From NCBI RefSeq assembly GCF_006345805.1, contig NW_021829665.1:1-31878 (forward strand): a stretch of 31,878 nt of DNA, written 5' to 3'. How positions within the stretch are numbered: the stretch's first letter is position 1; each line of letters starts with the position of its first letter. This DNA is from Octopus sinensis (Eukaryota). Under the pieces are notes generated by a model, which worked only from the letters and a program-made list of their open reading frames with translations, was not told the origin of the DNA and made no database searches. Shown piece after piece: positions 12,293 through 23,205 of this stretch. The position numbers and the translations under genes are program-made.

Positions 12293-12618
12293 TATATATT
12301 TTTTTGCATTGGTAGCAACTCAAGTTGCTAACTATGAGCTATAAGAAATTTTTTTCAATTTATTAAACTTTGGTATGGGAAAAGCCTACAGCTTTCACCG
12401 CTGGTAAATTATTATTGTACCTGGATGTTATTTTTTATACCTGCCATGGACTGCTTGAATCTTACAAACTTCCTACGCTTAGATCCTTGGATCTTACAAT
12501 TTACACACACACACAATTCTGCTTTGGGACAGTGGTTCTCAGAGCTTGTGTGTATATATGTATGTATGTGTGTATGTATGTAAGTATGTATATATATATA
12601 TACATCAATTTATCTATC

Positions 12619-12649
<31 letters not shown>

Positions 12650-12697
12650 ATATAAATATATATATATATGAGTTTGTGTGTGTATCCACCTATCAGT

Positions 12698-12771
<74 letters not shown>

Positions 12772-12773
<2 letters not shown>

Positions 12774-13175
12774 GCACAGGAGTGACTGTATGGTAAGTAG
12801 CTTGCTTACCAACCACATGGTTCCGGGTTCAGTCCCACTGCATGGCACCTTGGGCAAGTGTCTTCTACTATAGCCTTGGGTCGACCAAAGCCTTGTGAAT
12901 GATTTTGGTAGACGGAAACTGAAAGAATCCCGTTGTATATATATATGTATGTATGTATGTATGTGATGTATATGTTTGTGTGTATGTGTTTGTCCTTCCA
13001 ACATCACTTGACAACCGATGTTGGTGTGTTTACGTTCCTGTAGCTTAGCAGTTCGGCACAAGAGACTGAATGAATAATACTAGGCTTACAAAAAATAAGT
13101 CTTGGTGTTGATTTGCTCGATTAAAGGTGGTATTCCACCATGGCCACAGTCAAATGACTAAAACAAGTAAAAGAG
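12772..13175 (+). mobile_element. SINE family A, full length
   Basis: Head, central microsatellite and tail are all present; inserted in a (TATC)n/(TA)n tract. Confidence 0.9.
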
Positions 13176-13204
13176 TATATATATTATATATATATATACA
13201 GATA

Positions 13205-13530
13205 AAGGGTGAAATATAATTAATTTAATAAAATCAATAAATTTCACCTAGTAGTATTCGGTATGGAAAAGGACCATATTCGGTAAAAATTTATATAATT
13301 ATAATAAGGGTTTTTTGCAACAAGTTGCTTAAACCACATACCAAAAATATTAGAAATAGCAGTCAAAGGGCTACTATTTCTTTTACTACAAATAAGTCTC
13401 CACAAAACAACAGTATTTGTTGTTTTGTGGAGACTTATTTTTGTAGTAAAAGAAATAGTAGCCCTTTGACTGCTATTTCTAATATTTTTGGTATGTGGTT
13501 TAAGCAACTTTGTCAAAAAAAGCCTTATTA

Positions 13531-13570
<40 letters not shown>

Positions 13571-13865
13571 TAATATTAGGGAGTAAATCCAACTTACAGG
13601 GAAAATTAGATTTAGGATTAAATCTAATTTTACAGTATAAATATATATATTTATATTAAATTAGAGATAAAACCACTATTAGGCAAATCAAACAGTGAAA
13701 AACATAAACCAATAAAGAGAATAAATTAATTAAATAATATAATATACAAAACATATAAAATTTTATATATTTTGTATATTATATTATATTAATTATTTAT
13801 TTCTATTTATTGTTTATGTTTTTCACTGTTTGATTTGCGTAATAGTGGTTTTATCTTTAATTTAT
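13205..13865. mobile_element. Penelope-like fragments arranged as fold-back hairpins
   Basis: Two long palindromes (13292-13540, 13658-13863). The translation ETYFCSKRNSSPLTAISNIFGMW loosely resembles PLE GIY-YIG C-termini (recalled). The hairpins are certain; the family call is tentative. Confidence 0.5.
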
Positions 13866-13870
13866 ATAAA

Positions 13871-13901
<31 letters not shown>

Positions 13902-14020
13902 CTATATATACATACACACATATATATATACATATACATACACATACACATGTATATATATACATATACATACACATCACATGTATAATATACATATATA
14001 TATATAATATTTTTATAACA

Positions 14021-14100
14021 GTTCCTGTACCATGGAATCCAACCCTGAACCTTATGATTCTCAAGCAATACTTCTTAACCACACAGACATGCTTGTGCCC
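14021..14100 (-). mobile_element. SINE family A head fragment, old
   Basis: Minus strand reads GGCACAAGCATGTCTGTGTGGTTAAG...GGTTCAGGGTTGGATTCC. Confidence 0.55.
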
Positions 14101-14473
14101 AACATTTGAGCTAACTGACAAACTTTTGTTTAACGGTATTGATTTTGTATCTTGCCATGCTATGAATAGAAAATATTTAGTCAAGGAGATATTTACTTAC
14201 TGTAGAAGTCATATTATTAAATACAGATCTATTACTACCCATACCACTTTTGGTATTGGAACTACTCAACCGTGTAAACAATATCTATTCATTAAATCTT
14301 ATTCATTAAAATATTTTCCCATTGCAATTATTAATCTGTCTTGGGAAAAGTATAATTATTACATGTGGTTGATGTCTGTGTAGCAATCTCTCTTGTGTTG
14401 AAATATTTTTACTTTTACCGTTAAACTCAATGTATATTTGCCAAGAATGTTTGTAATTATTACATGCACCAAT

Positions 14474-14723
14474 GAGGAAAGCCACTATGTGGTCGCTTGA
14501 TATAGTAGCCAAATCTGCCTCAAATGCCCCCCCACCACCACCACAACCCTGCCATCATGAGAAAAGAAATCTACTTTGGGTAATGTAGACATGAATCATT
14601 GTAATGGAAAGTGATAAAAATAATTATATATTAAATCAAAATAAGCTTCAGTGGTCATGACTGGAATGTCCTTCATCTAAAACCTCTTTGATCAGAGCTG
14701 ACTTGGCCTAAAACAATAACAAC
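14474..14723 (+). mobile_element. Interspersed repeat, SINE family D
   Basis: Colinear with 16568-16793 (ATGTGGT(C/T)GCTT...CAAATC...GGTCATG...GGAATG...AGCTGAC...AACAAC tail). Confidence 0.6.
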
Positions 14724-14826
14724 ATTGTAATTTAGTGACTCCTTCTTTTTGAACTTCTATGTACCAGTTCATGTAAAAAAAAATGTTCTTGGAAGATCCA
14801 ACCTACCTCAGACAATAACTGTATTA

Positions 14827-15722
14827 CAAGGTGGAATCAAAAGGTGATCGGACTAATTATGTTTAATAAAAAATAACATATTCACTCAAGTTTTAACATT
14901 TTCTCCTTCAAAATAGTTACCTTGTGCAGCAATACAGCAGTCTTAGTATTCCTGCCACTTTTGGAATTGAGCCTGGAAGTTGAATTCCATAAGCAAGCCA
15001 AGGACGATTCACTCTGGATCTCAAAAAAAAAGGTGTTAAAACAGTGACCTTTGAGCTGCATTTTCATCTTGAGGAAGAGATGGGGGTCCATAGGTGCTAA
15101 ATCTGGTGAATAGGGAAGGTGTAGAAGTGATACCATGTTGTTTTTGGTAAGAAACCCATAATTGAGGAGAGCTCAGTAAATACTCCAATTCCTTCCACTC
15201 TACAGATCTGATTGCTTTTGCCAAATGTCCTCTCTCAAATGCTTCAAAATATCACAGTAGAATTCTCAATTGATGGTCTGGCTCTGGGGAGGGGGTGTGT
15301 GTGAATTTTCAATGAACAATACCACATTTCTGGAGAGGTCACTCATGGCAGGTCTTCCAGAGATATTCTTCTGCTTTTGAAGCGCTTGTGCCACACGAAA
15401 CATAGCGTACAGCCCATTGCCTTGTTGCTGTAAGCTTTCCAAAGAATGCTCAACATCTCTGTAGCAGACTTCCCAAGTTTAGCATAAAATATCATGTTAG
15501 CTCTTTGTTCCAACTTCCTGTTCATGACAAAATCACAGACCACAGCATACACATAATCACAAAAACACAAATTTCACAACTTGCAAAGTAAACACTGTGA
15601 TGTCACTCAACACACCACCTCATTGAAGGTCACTTCTAGCTCTCACTACGCATGCAATAGTGTGTGCTGCTATCTGTTGGCATGCTACAGAACTCATCTG
15701 GGAACTTCTCGATACCACCTTG
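14827..15722 (-). mobile_element. Mariner (Tc1/mariner) transposon, internally deleted, transposase pseudogene
   Basis: TIRs CAAGGTGGAATCAAAAG and CTTCTCGATACCACCTTG, flanked by TA at 14825-26 and 15723-24. Minus-strand fragments are EQRANMIFYAKLGKSATEM...WHKRFKS (N-terminal HTH), QTIN-EFYCDILKHLREDI and HLPYSPDLAPMDPHLF (mariner YSPDLAP motif). Stops and frameshifts are present. Confidence 0.92.
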
Positions 15723-16209
15723 TATTATATAATGCAGTGGGTGATAAAAGAAGTTTTGAGAAATCAGAGAAGAAAAGCCACAAGTACAAATGATAATTCT
15801 TTCCAAGGAAGACAAAGGAGAGAACTCTGGGTTTCAGACATATTCTTTAATTCAGAAATTTATATGATTTTGTGTTAGTCTATGAGAGAAGGGTAGTGTC
15901 CAGGAGGTATTTAGGCCTTTCTGTTCTGTGACAAAGAAATAATGGAAAGAGAATAAGAGTGTTGTGTTGAGAAACTCTTAATAAATCATCAACCCACTAG
16001 TGTAGCTAGGTAAGGTGGGTGGTTGAGCTGTAGGGGGTAGTTCACACCGGATGGCACCTTTGGGTCTGCTGTAGGCAATATGTGTTTTTGTGGGGTCTGG
16101 GGGTGGCAAATAAACAATGCATTTCAACACTTCAAAAAAAAACAAAAAAACCTTATGTTTGTTTACATATGACGTAATAATTTTATAATTTATCCATATA
16201 TAATTTCGA

Positions 16210-16465
16210 GTCTGTGCTTGTCCTTCGTCGCTGCTTGACAACCGGTGTTGGTGTACTTACATCCCCATAACTTAGCAGTTTGGCAAAAATGATCAATAGA
16301 ATGTTGGTGTATTTACATCCCCATAACTTAGCAGTTTGGCAAAAATGATCAATAGAATAAGTACTAGGCTTTAAAAAATGAAAAAGTTCTGAGGTTGATT
16401 CGTTCAACTAAAAATTTTTCAAAGTAGTGCCCCAGTATGGTCGCAGTCTAATGACTGGAACAAGT
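16210..16465 (+). mobile_element. SINE family A, 3' part, with 56-bp internal tandem duplication
   Basis: Tail matches other copies; unit at 16246-16301 is repeated at 16302-16357. Confidence 0.85.
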
Positions 16466-16567
16466 CAGAATTTTAACATGTAAACTTTTAGTTTGAATTT
16501 TATTTGCTGAATAAAGAGCAAATGTCTCATGAACACAATATGGGAGTTTTTTCTTGCAGCATAACAG

Positions 16568-16793
16568 TGAGAGAAGTGTGCATGTGGTTGCTTAACTAGC
16601 TAGAAATAATAACAAATCTTCCTCATTTCATACCCTACCCTCTTATATTTGATCAAGATACATTAGATTATGTAATTCCAGATATGCTTAAATATGTAGA
16701 ATGGTCATGTATGGAATGCCTTTGATCATATGTTTTTATTTAAATGAGCTGACCGGGAAATAAAAATCAAGAACAATAGTGAACAAAGAATTG
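16568..16793 (+). mobile_element. Interspersed repeat, SINE family D
   Basis: Similarity to 14474-14723. Confidence 0.55.
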
Positions 16794-17568
16794 GTATAGC
16801 CAAGAGAATGCCATGTTGATTCCTTGCCTAAAGATTTAGGTGTTTGTATTACATGACTAGTGCCGTGCTTTGGGCAATACAGACATCCACTTAGCTGACA
16901 GCAGAACAGTTAAAAACTGGAATCAAATCAGGATATGACTAAGCTTCTACTATTTCCCTAAAGTATAACAAATTTGAAACAAACCACTGATGTTGTGTCG
17001 GAACCTGGTAAAAGGACTGAATAGTCCCTGTTGAATGGAGTTAATACTTAATACATAATAGTACTGCTTTGATGGTAGTGGTACAATGTTCAGTATAGAT
17101 GTGTGGGCAGCTGCTGTGAATGTGGCAGTGGTATGATAATGGTTGTAACAGTGGTGATGATGATGGTGGCTGTGGATAATGTAGCAGGGTATTCAGTGTT
17201 GTAATAATAATGGTAATTGATCGGTGAAGTTAGTGATGGGGTATATTTTGTGGTCATGCCTATTATTGTGCAGACTGGGTTGCAGATGTGTGGCATAGGT
17301 TGCAGTGATGGTGGTTGTAGCTGTGCTGGGATGACTGTACAGTTCTGGCTATTGTGGTGGTGTGGCAACTGTATTTGGAAAATTTAGGGTTTTGGTTCTG
17401 AAAAGGGCACTGGTGTGCTGCAAAGAGTACCTTGGTGGAGTTTGATCTTTTAAAAAATATCATCTAAGGCTTTAGGAATTCCATGCTAATATTGCAGTAT
17501 GTTGGAAAGCTTGTCATTCATAATTTTGTTATTTGTAAATATGATCATTAAATATATATTGAAAGTAT

Positions 17569-17960
17569 AGGTGCAGGTGTGGTTGTGTGGTAAGAAGTTT
17601 GCTTCTCAATTACATGTTTCTAGGTTCAGTCCCACTGAGTGGCACCTTGGGCAAGTCTCTTCTACTATAGCCTTGGGCCAACCAGAGTCTTGTGAGCAGA
17701 TTTGGTGTATGAAAATTGAAAAGAAACCTGTTGTGTGTGTGTGCACATGTGCATGTGTGGAGTGTCTGCGTGTATGTGTATGTGTATGTGTTCTCTGCTA
17801 TCACTTGATAATTCGTTTTGGTATGTTTACATCCCCATATTTAGTATTTTGGCAAAAGACTGATGAAATACATATTGGGATCAATTTGTTTGAGTAAAAT
17901 TCTTCAAGGTGGTGCCCCAGCATGGCCACAGTATTATGCCTGAAACAAATAAAAGATAAA
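17569..17960 (+). mobile_element. SINE family A, full length (3' half lies in the inverted duplication)
   Basis: Head AGGTGCAGGTGTGGTTGTGTGG through tail GAAACAAATAAAAG. Confidence 0.85.
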
Positions 17961-18708
17961 AGGAAGCAACAATAGTTTTCAATTTAAAGAAAAAAAAATT
18001 TTGAATCAAAACATTTTCTTCTTTTAAATATATTTCCATGGAAAATGCAACTGTAGTTTTCAAACTTCAATGCTGAACACCCTGGTAAATTCTGTTTTTG
18101 ATCTCCAGTGCACCTGTAAGTCAAAGTGAAGGAGAACCACTAGTTTATGCTGTTGTAGTGTAGACAGCAGAGTTGTTGTTGAAAGGCATTGGTGATAAGA
18201 ATCCCTCAAGAGAGCTGAACAAGGCCTTCAGAGAAGAAATCCCACCCCAAACAAGCAAATGCTTGGCTCCTTAACTTTTTACACTCTAAGAGGGCTGGGC
18301 CACATCCAGGTCGTGATTCCTAGGTGCCCTGTTCTGACATGCTGGACGCTTGTGCTTTTAAACTGTCGAACTGATACTTAAACTGATACTTAAAGGAGAA
18401 ATAATATTGGTTGTCATGTAGCACACTGGAACAAGTAGAAGCTGAGTAAGAGTTTTATAAGGGCTAAACTGGAATGCTAAACTGATGAGTAAATAGATGT
18501 TTATTCCTTAACCCTTTAGCATTTAGATTATTTTGTCCTGTATTGCTTATTTTTTCACATTGTTTTGAATAATCATGTATTATCTTTAAGCTAAGAGATT
18601 TTGATGGCATCTTTGTTTTTTCTCTTTTACTTGTTTCCGTCATTAGACTGTGGCCATGCTGGGGCACCACCTTGTATTTTTAGTTGAGTGAATCAACCCC
18701 AGTACTTA

Positions 18709-19030
18709 GCTCTCCACATTCAATCATTCCATCTTTGAACTTCTCTCTTTTAAAATCTCATATGTAAGATCTCTTCCCTGAAGATGGAAGCTCGTCTCAT
18801 CCTATGATGGAATCAATCTACAAACATTATTACAGACCACCAAGCCCCCAGAAACAGCTGATGGATTTGTAATACTTTTTCTTCAACCCCATTCATTCTC
18901 TGTATCATTTGTACTCCTTGTAAGTTGGAACTTTTTATTTGTATACATATATACATTTTTTCTGTTTCTTGTATTTAATATACTTTATGTATTGATCTGT
19001 CTCATTTGCTTATCTTGGCATTCACTGCTA
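18709..19030 (+). mobile_element. Penelope-like terminal fragment with hammerhead-like motif
   Basis: CTGAAGA (18778-84), TGG...CCA, then GAAACAGCTG (18851-60), followed by a T-rich tail. The architecture resembles PLE hammerheads; family call by inference. Confidence 0.45.
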
Positions 19031-19089
19031 TACCTGCTCAAGTTTAAACCTGTTGAGCACTACAGGTTGTATTCTATACAGAGAATATC

Positions 19090-19490
19090 TGGATCTCATG
19101 TATGAACTACATATATACACACCCACACAAACATACATACATGCATACATACATACATACATACATACATACAGACATACATACATGTATACAAACATAC
19201 ATACACACACACACACATACATATACATACATACATACATTCATACATACATACATGCATACATACATGCATACATACATGCATGCATACATACATGCAT
19301 ACACATACACATACATACATACATACGTACATACAGACATACATACATGTATACATACACACACATACATAGATACATACATACATGCATGCATATATAC
19401 ATACATGCATATATACATACATACATACATGCATACACACACATATACATACATACACACACACACATAAACACATACATACACACACAG
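19090..19490. repeat. (CATA)n-derived microsatellite
   Basis: Direct repeats visible. Confidence 0.95.
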
Positions 19491-19955
19491 AGTAAGGAAT
19501 GCAACCCAAAAGATAGCTAACTAAAAAAAATTTGAAAGAGAATTAAATGTTTATTTATTTATATTGTATGATTATTTTACAAAGATGTAGATAGATATGA
19601 ATTCAAGTTTGAACTTGCATTATGTTACATAGTTGTAAATCTTTGTCTACGCATGTCTATTGACTGTGTAGAATGTATTTCCATTCAGACACAAATCTTC
19701 AGAATCTGCTTCAGAAAACATAACTTCACTCTTTATTAGCAAATTACCACCAAAATAAAAAGCAGGGATTTAAACTTTACATTATAAAGAACTTAATTTT
19801 TGTCAGTGCTTTATAACAAAAATAAAACAAAAAAAGAAGTAGAAGAAGAAGAAGAAGAAGAAGAGGAACAACATAAGCTCCTTAAGCAAATAAAAATATA
19901 CATAAAAGACCAATTAGAAATATCTGTTAATTCACATCTGAAAGTAAGGTTTGTT

Positions 19956-20522
19956 TTAATCCTTTATTCTACTTGTTTTACGTTGAAATCAGCCAGATCT
20001 CACCTCTCCCATCTACCCTACAATGTCATTCTAAAAATATACAATCATGTGTGCAGGAGTGGCTGTGTGGTAAGAAACTTGCTTCCTAACTACATGGTTC
20101 CGGGTTTAGTCCCACTGCATGGTACCTTACGAGTGGATTTGGTAGATGGAAATCGAAAGAAGCTCGTCGTATATACATGTATATATTTATATATATATCT
20201 ATGTATTTGTCAGTGCTTGTCCACCAATCACCACTTGACAACCAGTGTTGGTGTGTTTACAACCCTGTAATCTAGGGGTTTGCTAAAAGAGATGGATAGA
20301 ATAAGTACCAGGCTTAAAAAATAAGTACTGCAGTTGATTCACTCAACTAAAAATACAAGGTGGTGCCCCAGCATGGCCACAGTCTAATGACTGAAACAAG
20401 TAAAAGAGAAAAATAAAAGATGCCATCAAAATCTCTTACCTTCAAGATAATACCTGATTATTCAAAACAATGTGAAAAAATAAGCAATACATGACAAAAT
20501 AATCTAAATGCTAAAGGGTTAA
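19956..20522. mobile_element. piggyBac-type MITE interrupted by a SINE
   Basis: TTAA-TCCTTT at 19956 and AAAGGG-TTAA at 20513-20522 (TTAA target, CCCTTT-type termini); SINE A is inserted at 20050-20420. Confidence 0.6.
20050..20420 (+). mobile_element. SINE family A, full length
   Basis: Head GTGCAGGAGTGGCTGTGTGG through tail GAAACAAGTAAAAG. Confidence 0.88.
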
Positions 20523-20859
20523 GGAATAAACATCTATTTACTCATCAGTTTAGCATTCCAGTTTAGCCCTTATAAAACTCTTACTCAGCTTCTACTTGTT
20601 CCAGTGTGCTACATGACAACCAATATTATTTCTCCTTTAAGTATATCCCAACACTGCCTTCATAAACATCTTACTCAGCTTCAGCTTGTTCCTGTGTGCG
20701 ATTTTCTTCACTACTTCAGGGAGTGATGACCCTGTCTGACACAAGTCCCAGGCTCAGCTCGTTCCGGCTGACAGTACCCGTTATGGGCCTCTATCCAGGG
20801 TTACAGGAAGGAGACAACCTTCAAAGAAATCCGGAGTGGAGCCCCGTAGGCGGTTCAGT

Positions 20860-21335
20860 GTTCGACTCAACACTCTTCCGGCAGCTCCTGCAGCCAAGGA
20901 GTGCAGAGCATTACGTTTGCACCAGCAAACGTAATGCTCTGCACTCCTTTAGACTACATCAGCAAGGTCGAGAGAGGAATCCTGATGATTGGGCTACCCA
21001 GGATTTTCTTACATCTAGCCCAGACCTGCACAAAATTGGAGAGGAAACTGGAGAGGACATGGAATGTAAAAACCAAACTGGATTAGTTTATGCGCAACTC
21101 TATTGTCTCCCGAGACAAAAGGATGCCAACAACAAGTATAAGTTTGAAAGGTGTGTCAATGGAGAGGAGTTCCAACTAGATGAAACCTCCAGACAGTTTA
21201 AAAGCACAAGCCTCCGACATACAAATGGTTAAAACATATCAGAGAAGGACATCTAGGAATTACGACCTGGATGTGGTCCAGCCCTCTTAGAGTGTAAAAT
21301 GTTAAGGGGCCAAGCATCTGCATGATTGGGTGGGA
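20860..21335 (+). mobile_element. Decayed Ty3/Gypsy-like pol remnant (RNase H end to integrase zinc-binding region)
   Basis: Across frameshifts: LLQPRSAEHYVCTSKRN (cf. RLQ.Y...HYVPGK.N), LHKIGEETGED, PPDSLKAQ and KHIREGHLGITTWMW (cf. HEGHLGI...WWP). The left-arm copy reads GHLGITTWMWP...SIC. Confidence 0.55.
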
Positions 21336-21914
21336 TTTCTTCTCTGAAGGCCTTGTTCAGCTCTCTTGAGGGATTCTTATCACCAATGCCTTTCAACAAC
21401 AACTCTGCTGTCTACACTACAACAGCATAAACTAGTGGTTCTCCTTCACTTTGACTTACAGGTGCACTGGAGATCAAAAACAGAATTTACCAGGGTGTTC
21501 AGCATTGAAGTTTGAAAACTACAGTTGCATTTTCCATGGAAATATATTTAAAAGAAGAAAATGTTTTGATTCAAAATTTTGTTTTTCTTTAAATTGAAAA
21601 CTATTGTTGCTTCCTTTTATCTTTTATTTGTTTCAGGCATAATACTGTGGCCATGCTGGGGCACCACCTTGAAGAATTTTACTCAAACAAATTGATCCCA
21701 ATATGTATTTCATCAGTCTTTTGCCAAAATACTAAATATGGGGATGTAAACATACCAAAACGAATTATCAATGGATGGTGAGGAGAAAAGGAAGAGAAAA
21801 GAATGTGGCTTGTTAGAGGTCCTGAGTGGGAATGGATTAGGGTAATTCTTTGGTAGAATTAGAATAGCATAAATATGACAAAGCAGGACTTCTGAATCAT
21901 AAGTTCCGTCCATT

Positions 21915-22514
21915 TCAAGGGCTTCTACACAGTTTCCACCTACTCACAGTTCTTGGATTAACCCAGGGCCACAATAAATACATTTGTCCAAAGGCGCAGG
22001 AGTGGCTGTGTGGTAAGTAGCTATAGGCACAGGAATGGCTGTGTAGTAAGTAGCTTGCTTACCGACCACATGGTTCCGGGTTCTGTCCCACTGCTTGGCA
22101 CCATGGGCAAGTGTCTTCTACTATAGCCTCAGGCCGACCAAAGCCTTGTGAATAGATTTGGTAGATGGAAACTGAAAGATGCCCATTGTATATATGTATA
22201 TATATATATATGTATGTATGTATGTGTGTGTATATGTTTGTGTGTCTGTGTTTGTCTCCCAACATCGCTTGACAACCAATGTTGGTGTGTTTATGTCCCC
22301 ATAACTTAGCGATTTGGCAAAAGAGACCGATAGAATAAGTACTAGGCTTACAGAGAATAAGTCCTGGGGTCGATTTCTTCGATTAAAGGTGGTGCTCCAG
22401 CATGGCCGCAGTCAAATGACTGAAATGAGTAAAGAGTAAAGAGAGTACTACACAATGAGATCAAACCTGAATTCCATAGTTTCAAAGAAAACTTCTCAAC
22501 CACTCAGCTATGCC
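21915..22514 (-). mobile_element. Old SINE family A copy split by a younger insertion
   Basis: Head on the minus strand at 22447-22514; continuation at 21915-21991. Confidence 0.6.
21992..22445 (+). mobile_element. SINE family A, full length, duplicated 5' end
   Basis: Heads at 21992 and 22025; body is close to the other young copies. Confidence 0.92.
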
Positions 22515-22769
22515 CATCACTTTACCCATATTGTTTACGCCAAGCTATCTTGAGAGGAAGTATTTGGCTTTTTCTTTTAAAGGCTTAGAGGAAGAAGCTG
22601 GCATTTATGACACTTACCATGGTCTTTGAGACTGGTGAAGAAGAAGAATTAAAGTAACACTCAGACTGGAGATTTTAGTCAAATGCTTACAACAGACTGG
22701 ATCCCACTAAAGGCATCTAAGAGCCAGATGGTAGTGTTAAATAACAGGAATGGTTTTTTTTTCAACAAG

Positions 22770-22930
22770 CTTCCACACAGTTTCCATCTATCAAGTTTTG
22801 TTCACAGGGTTTTGGACAACTCAAAGTTATGCTGGAGGACAATTGGGTAAAGTGTCACACAGTATGACCAAACCCCAAAATCTCAGTAGTGTGAAGTTAA
22901 TATCTTGACTACACAACTGTGGCTGCACCA
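22770..22930 (-). mobile_element. Old SINE family A head fragment
   Basis: Minus strand ends ...GATAGATGGAAACTGTGTGGAAGCTT, colinear with the family A head. Confidence 0.5.
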
Positions 22931-23205
22931 ATAGATTTCCAGGAGCATGCTTAACCCCTAAAACAGTGGGTATCATCAATTGATGTTTCATTAAAGAACA
23001 ATAGACATCATCAACTGATGCTTTAAAAATTTTATATGGATGCCACCATCATCAACTGATGTCCAAGTATCCACTTTGTCAAATATGCTTAAGCATAAAT
23101 AACCTTTATTGATGGGAGAAATTAAGTCACAAACAGAAGTTGTTTTTTTCTGACTTTCCTTCAACATCAGATGAGGCAGATGATGATAATGACAATGATC
23201 TAGAT

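Larger units (their letters stand above)
17805..21771. repeat. Large inverted duplication: arms 17805-18708 and 20322-21771
   Basis: The arms align as reverse complements; the right arm has an extra block at about 20645-21190. Confidence 0.95.

Noticed and set aside
19992-20015. Resemblance of CCAGATCTCACCTCTCCCATC to miR-750
   Set aside because: Only the first 8 nt match, it lies inside a MITE, and no precursor hairpin is evident.
20696-21232. 178-aa ORF as a host gene
   Set aside because: The recognisable motifs are Gypsy pol-like and are split across frames; the ORF is a chance-open frame of a decayed element.
18300-21270. Synonymous differences in GHLGIT between the two Gypsy-like copies as a sign of selection
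   Set aside because: There are too few sites, non-synonymous changes are as common nearby, and both copies share the same stop, so they descend from one already-dead copy.
17805-21771. Staggered-break inversion model for the inverted arms
   Set aside because: That model predicts the order a b' ... a' b, whereas the observed order is a nested mirror.
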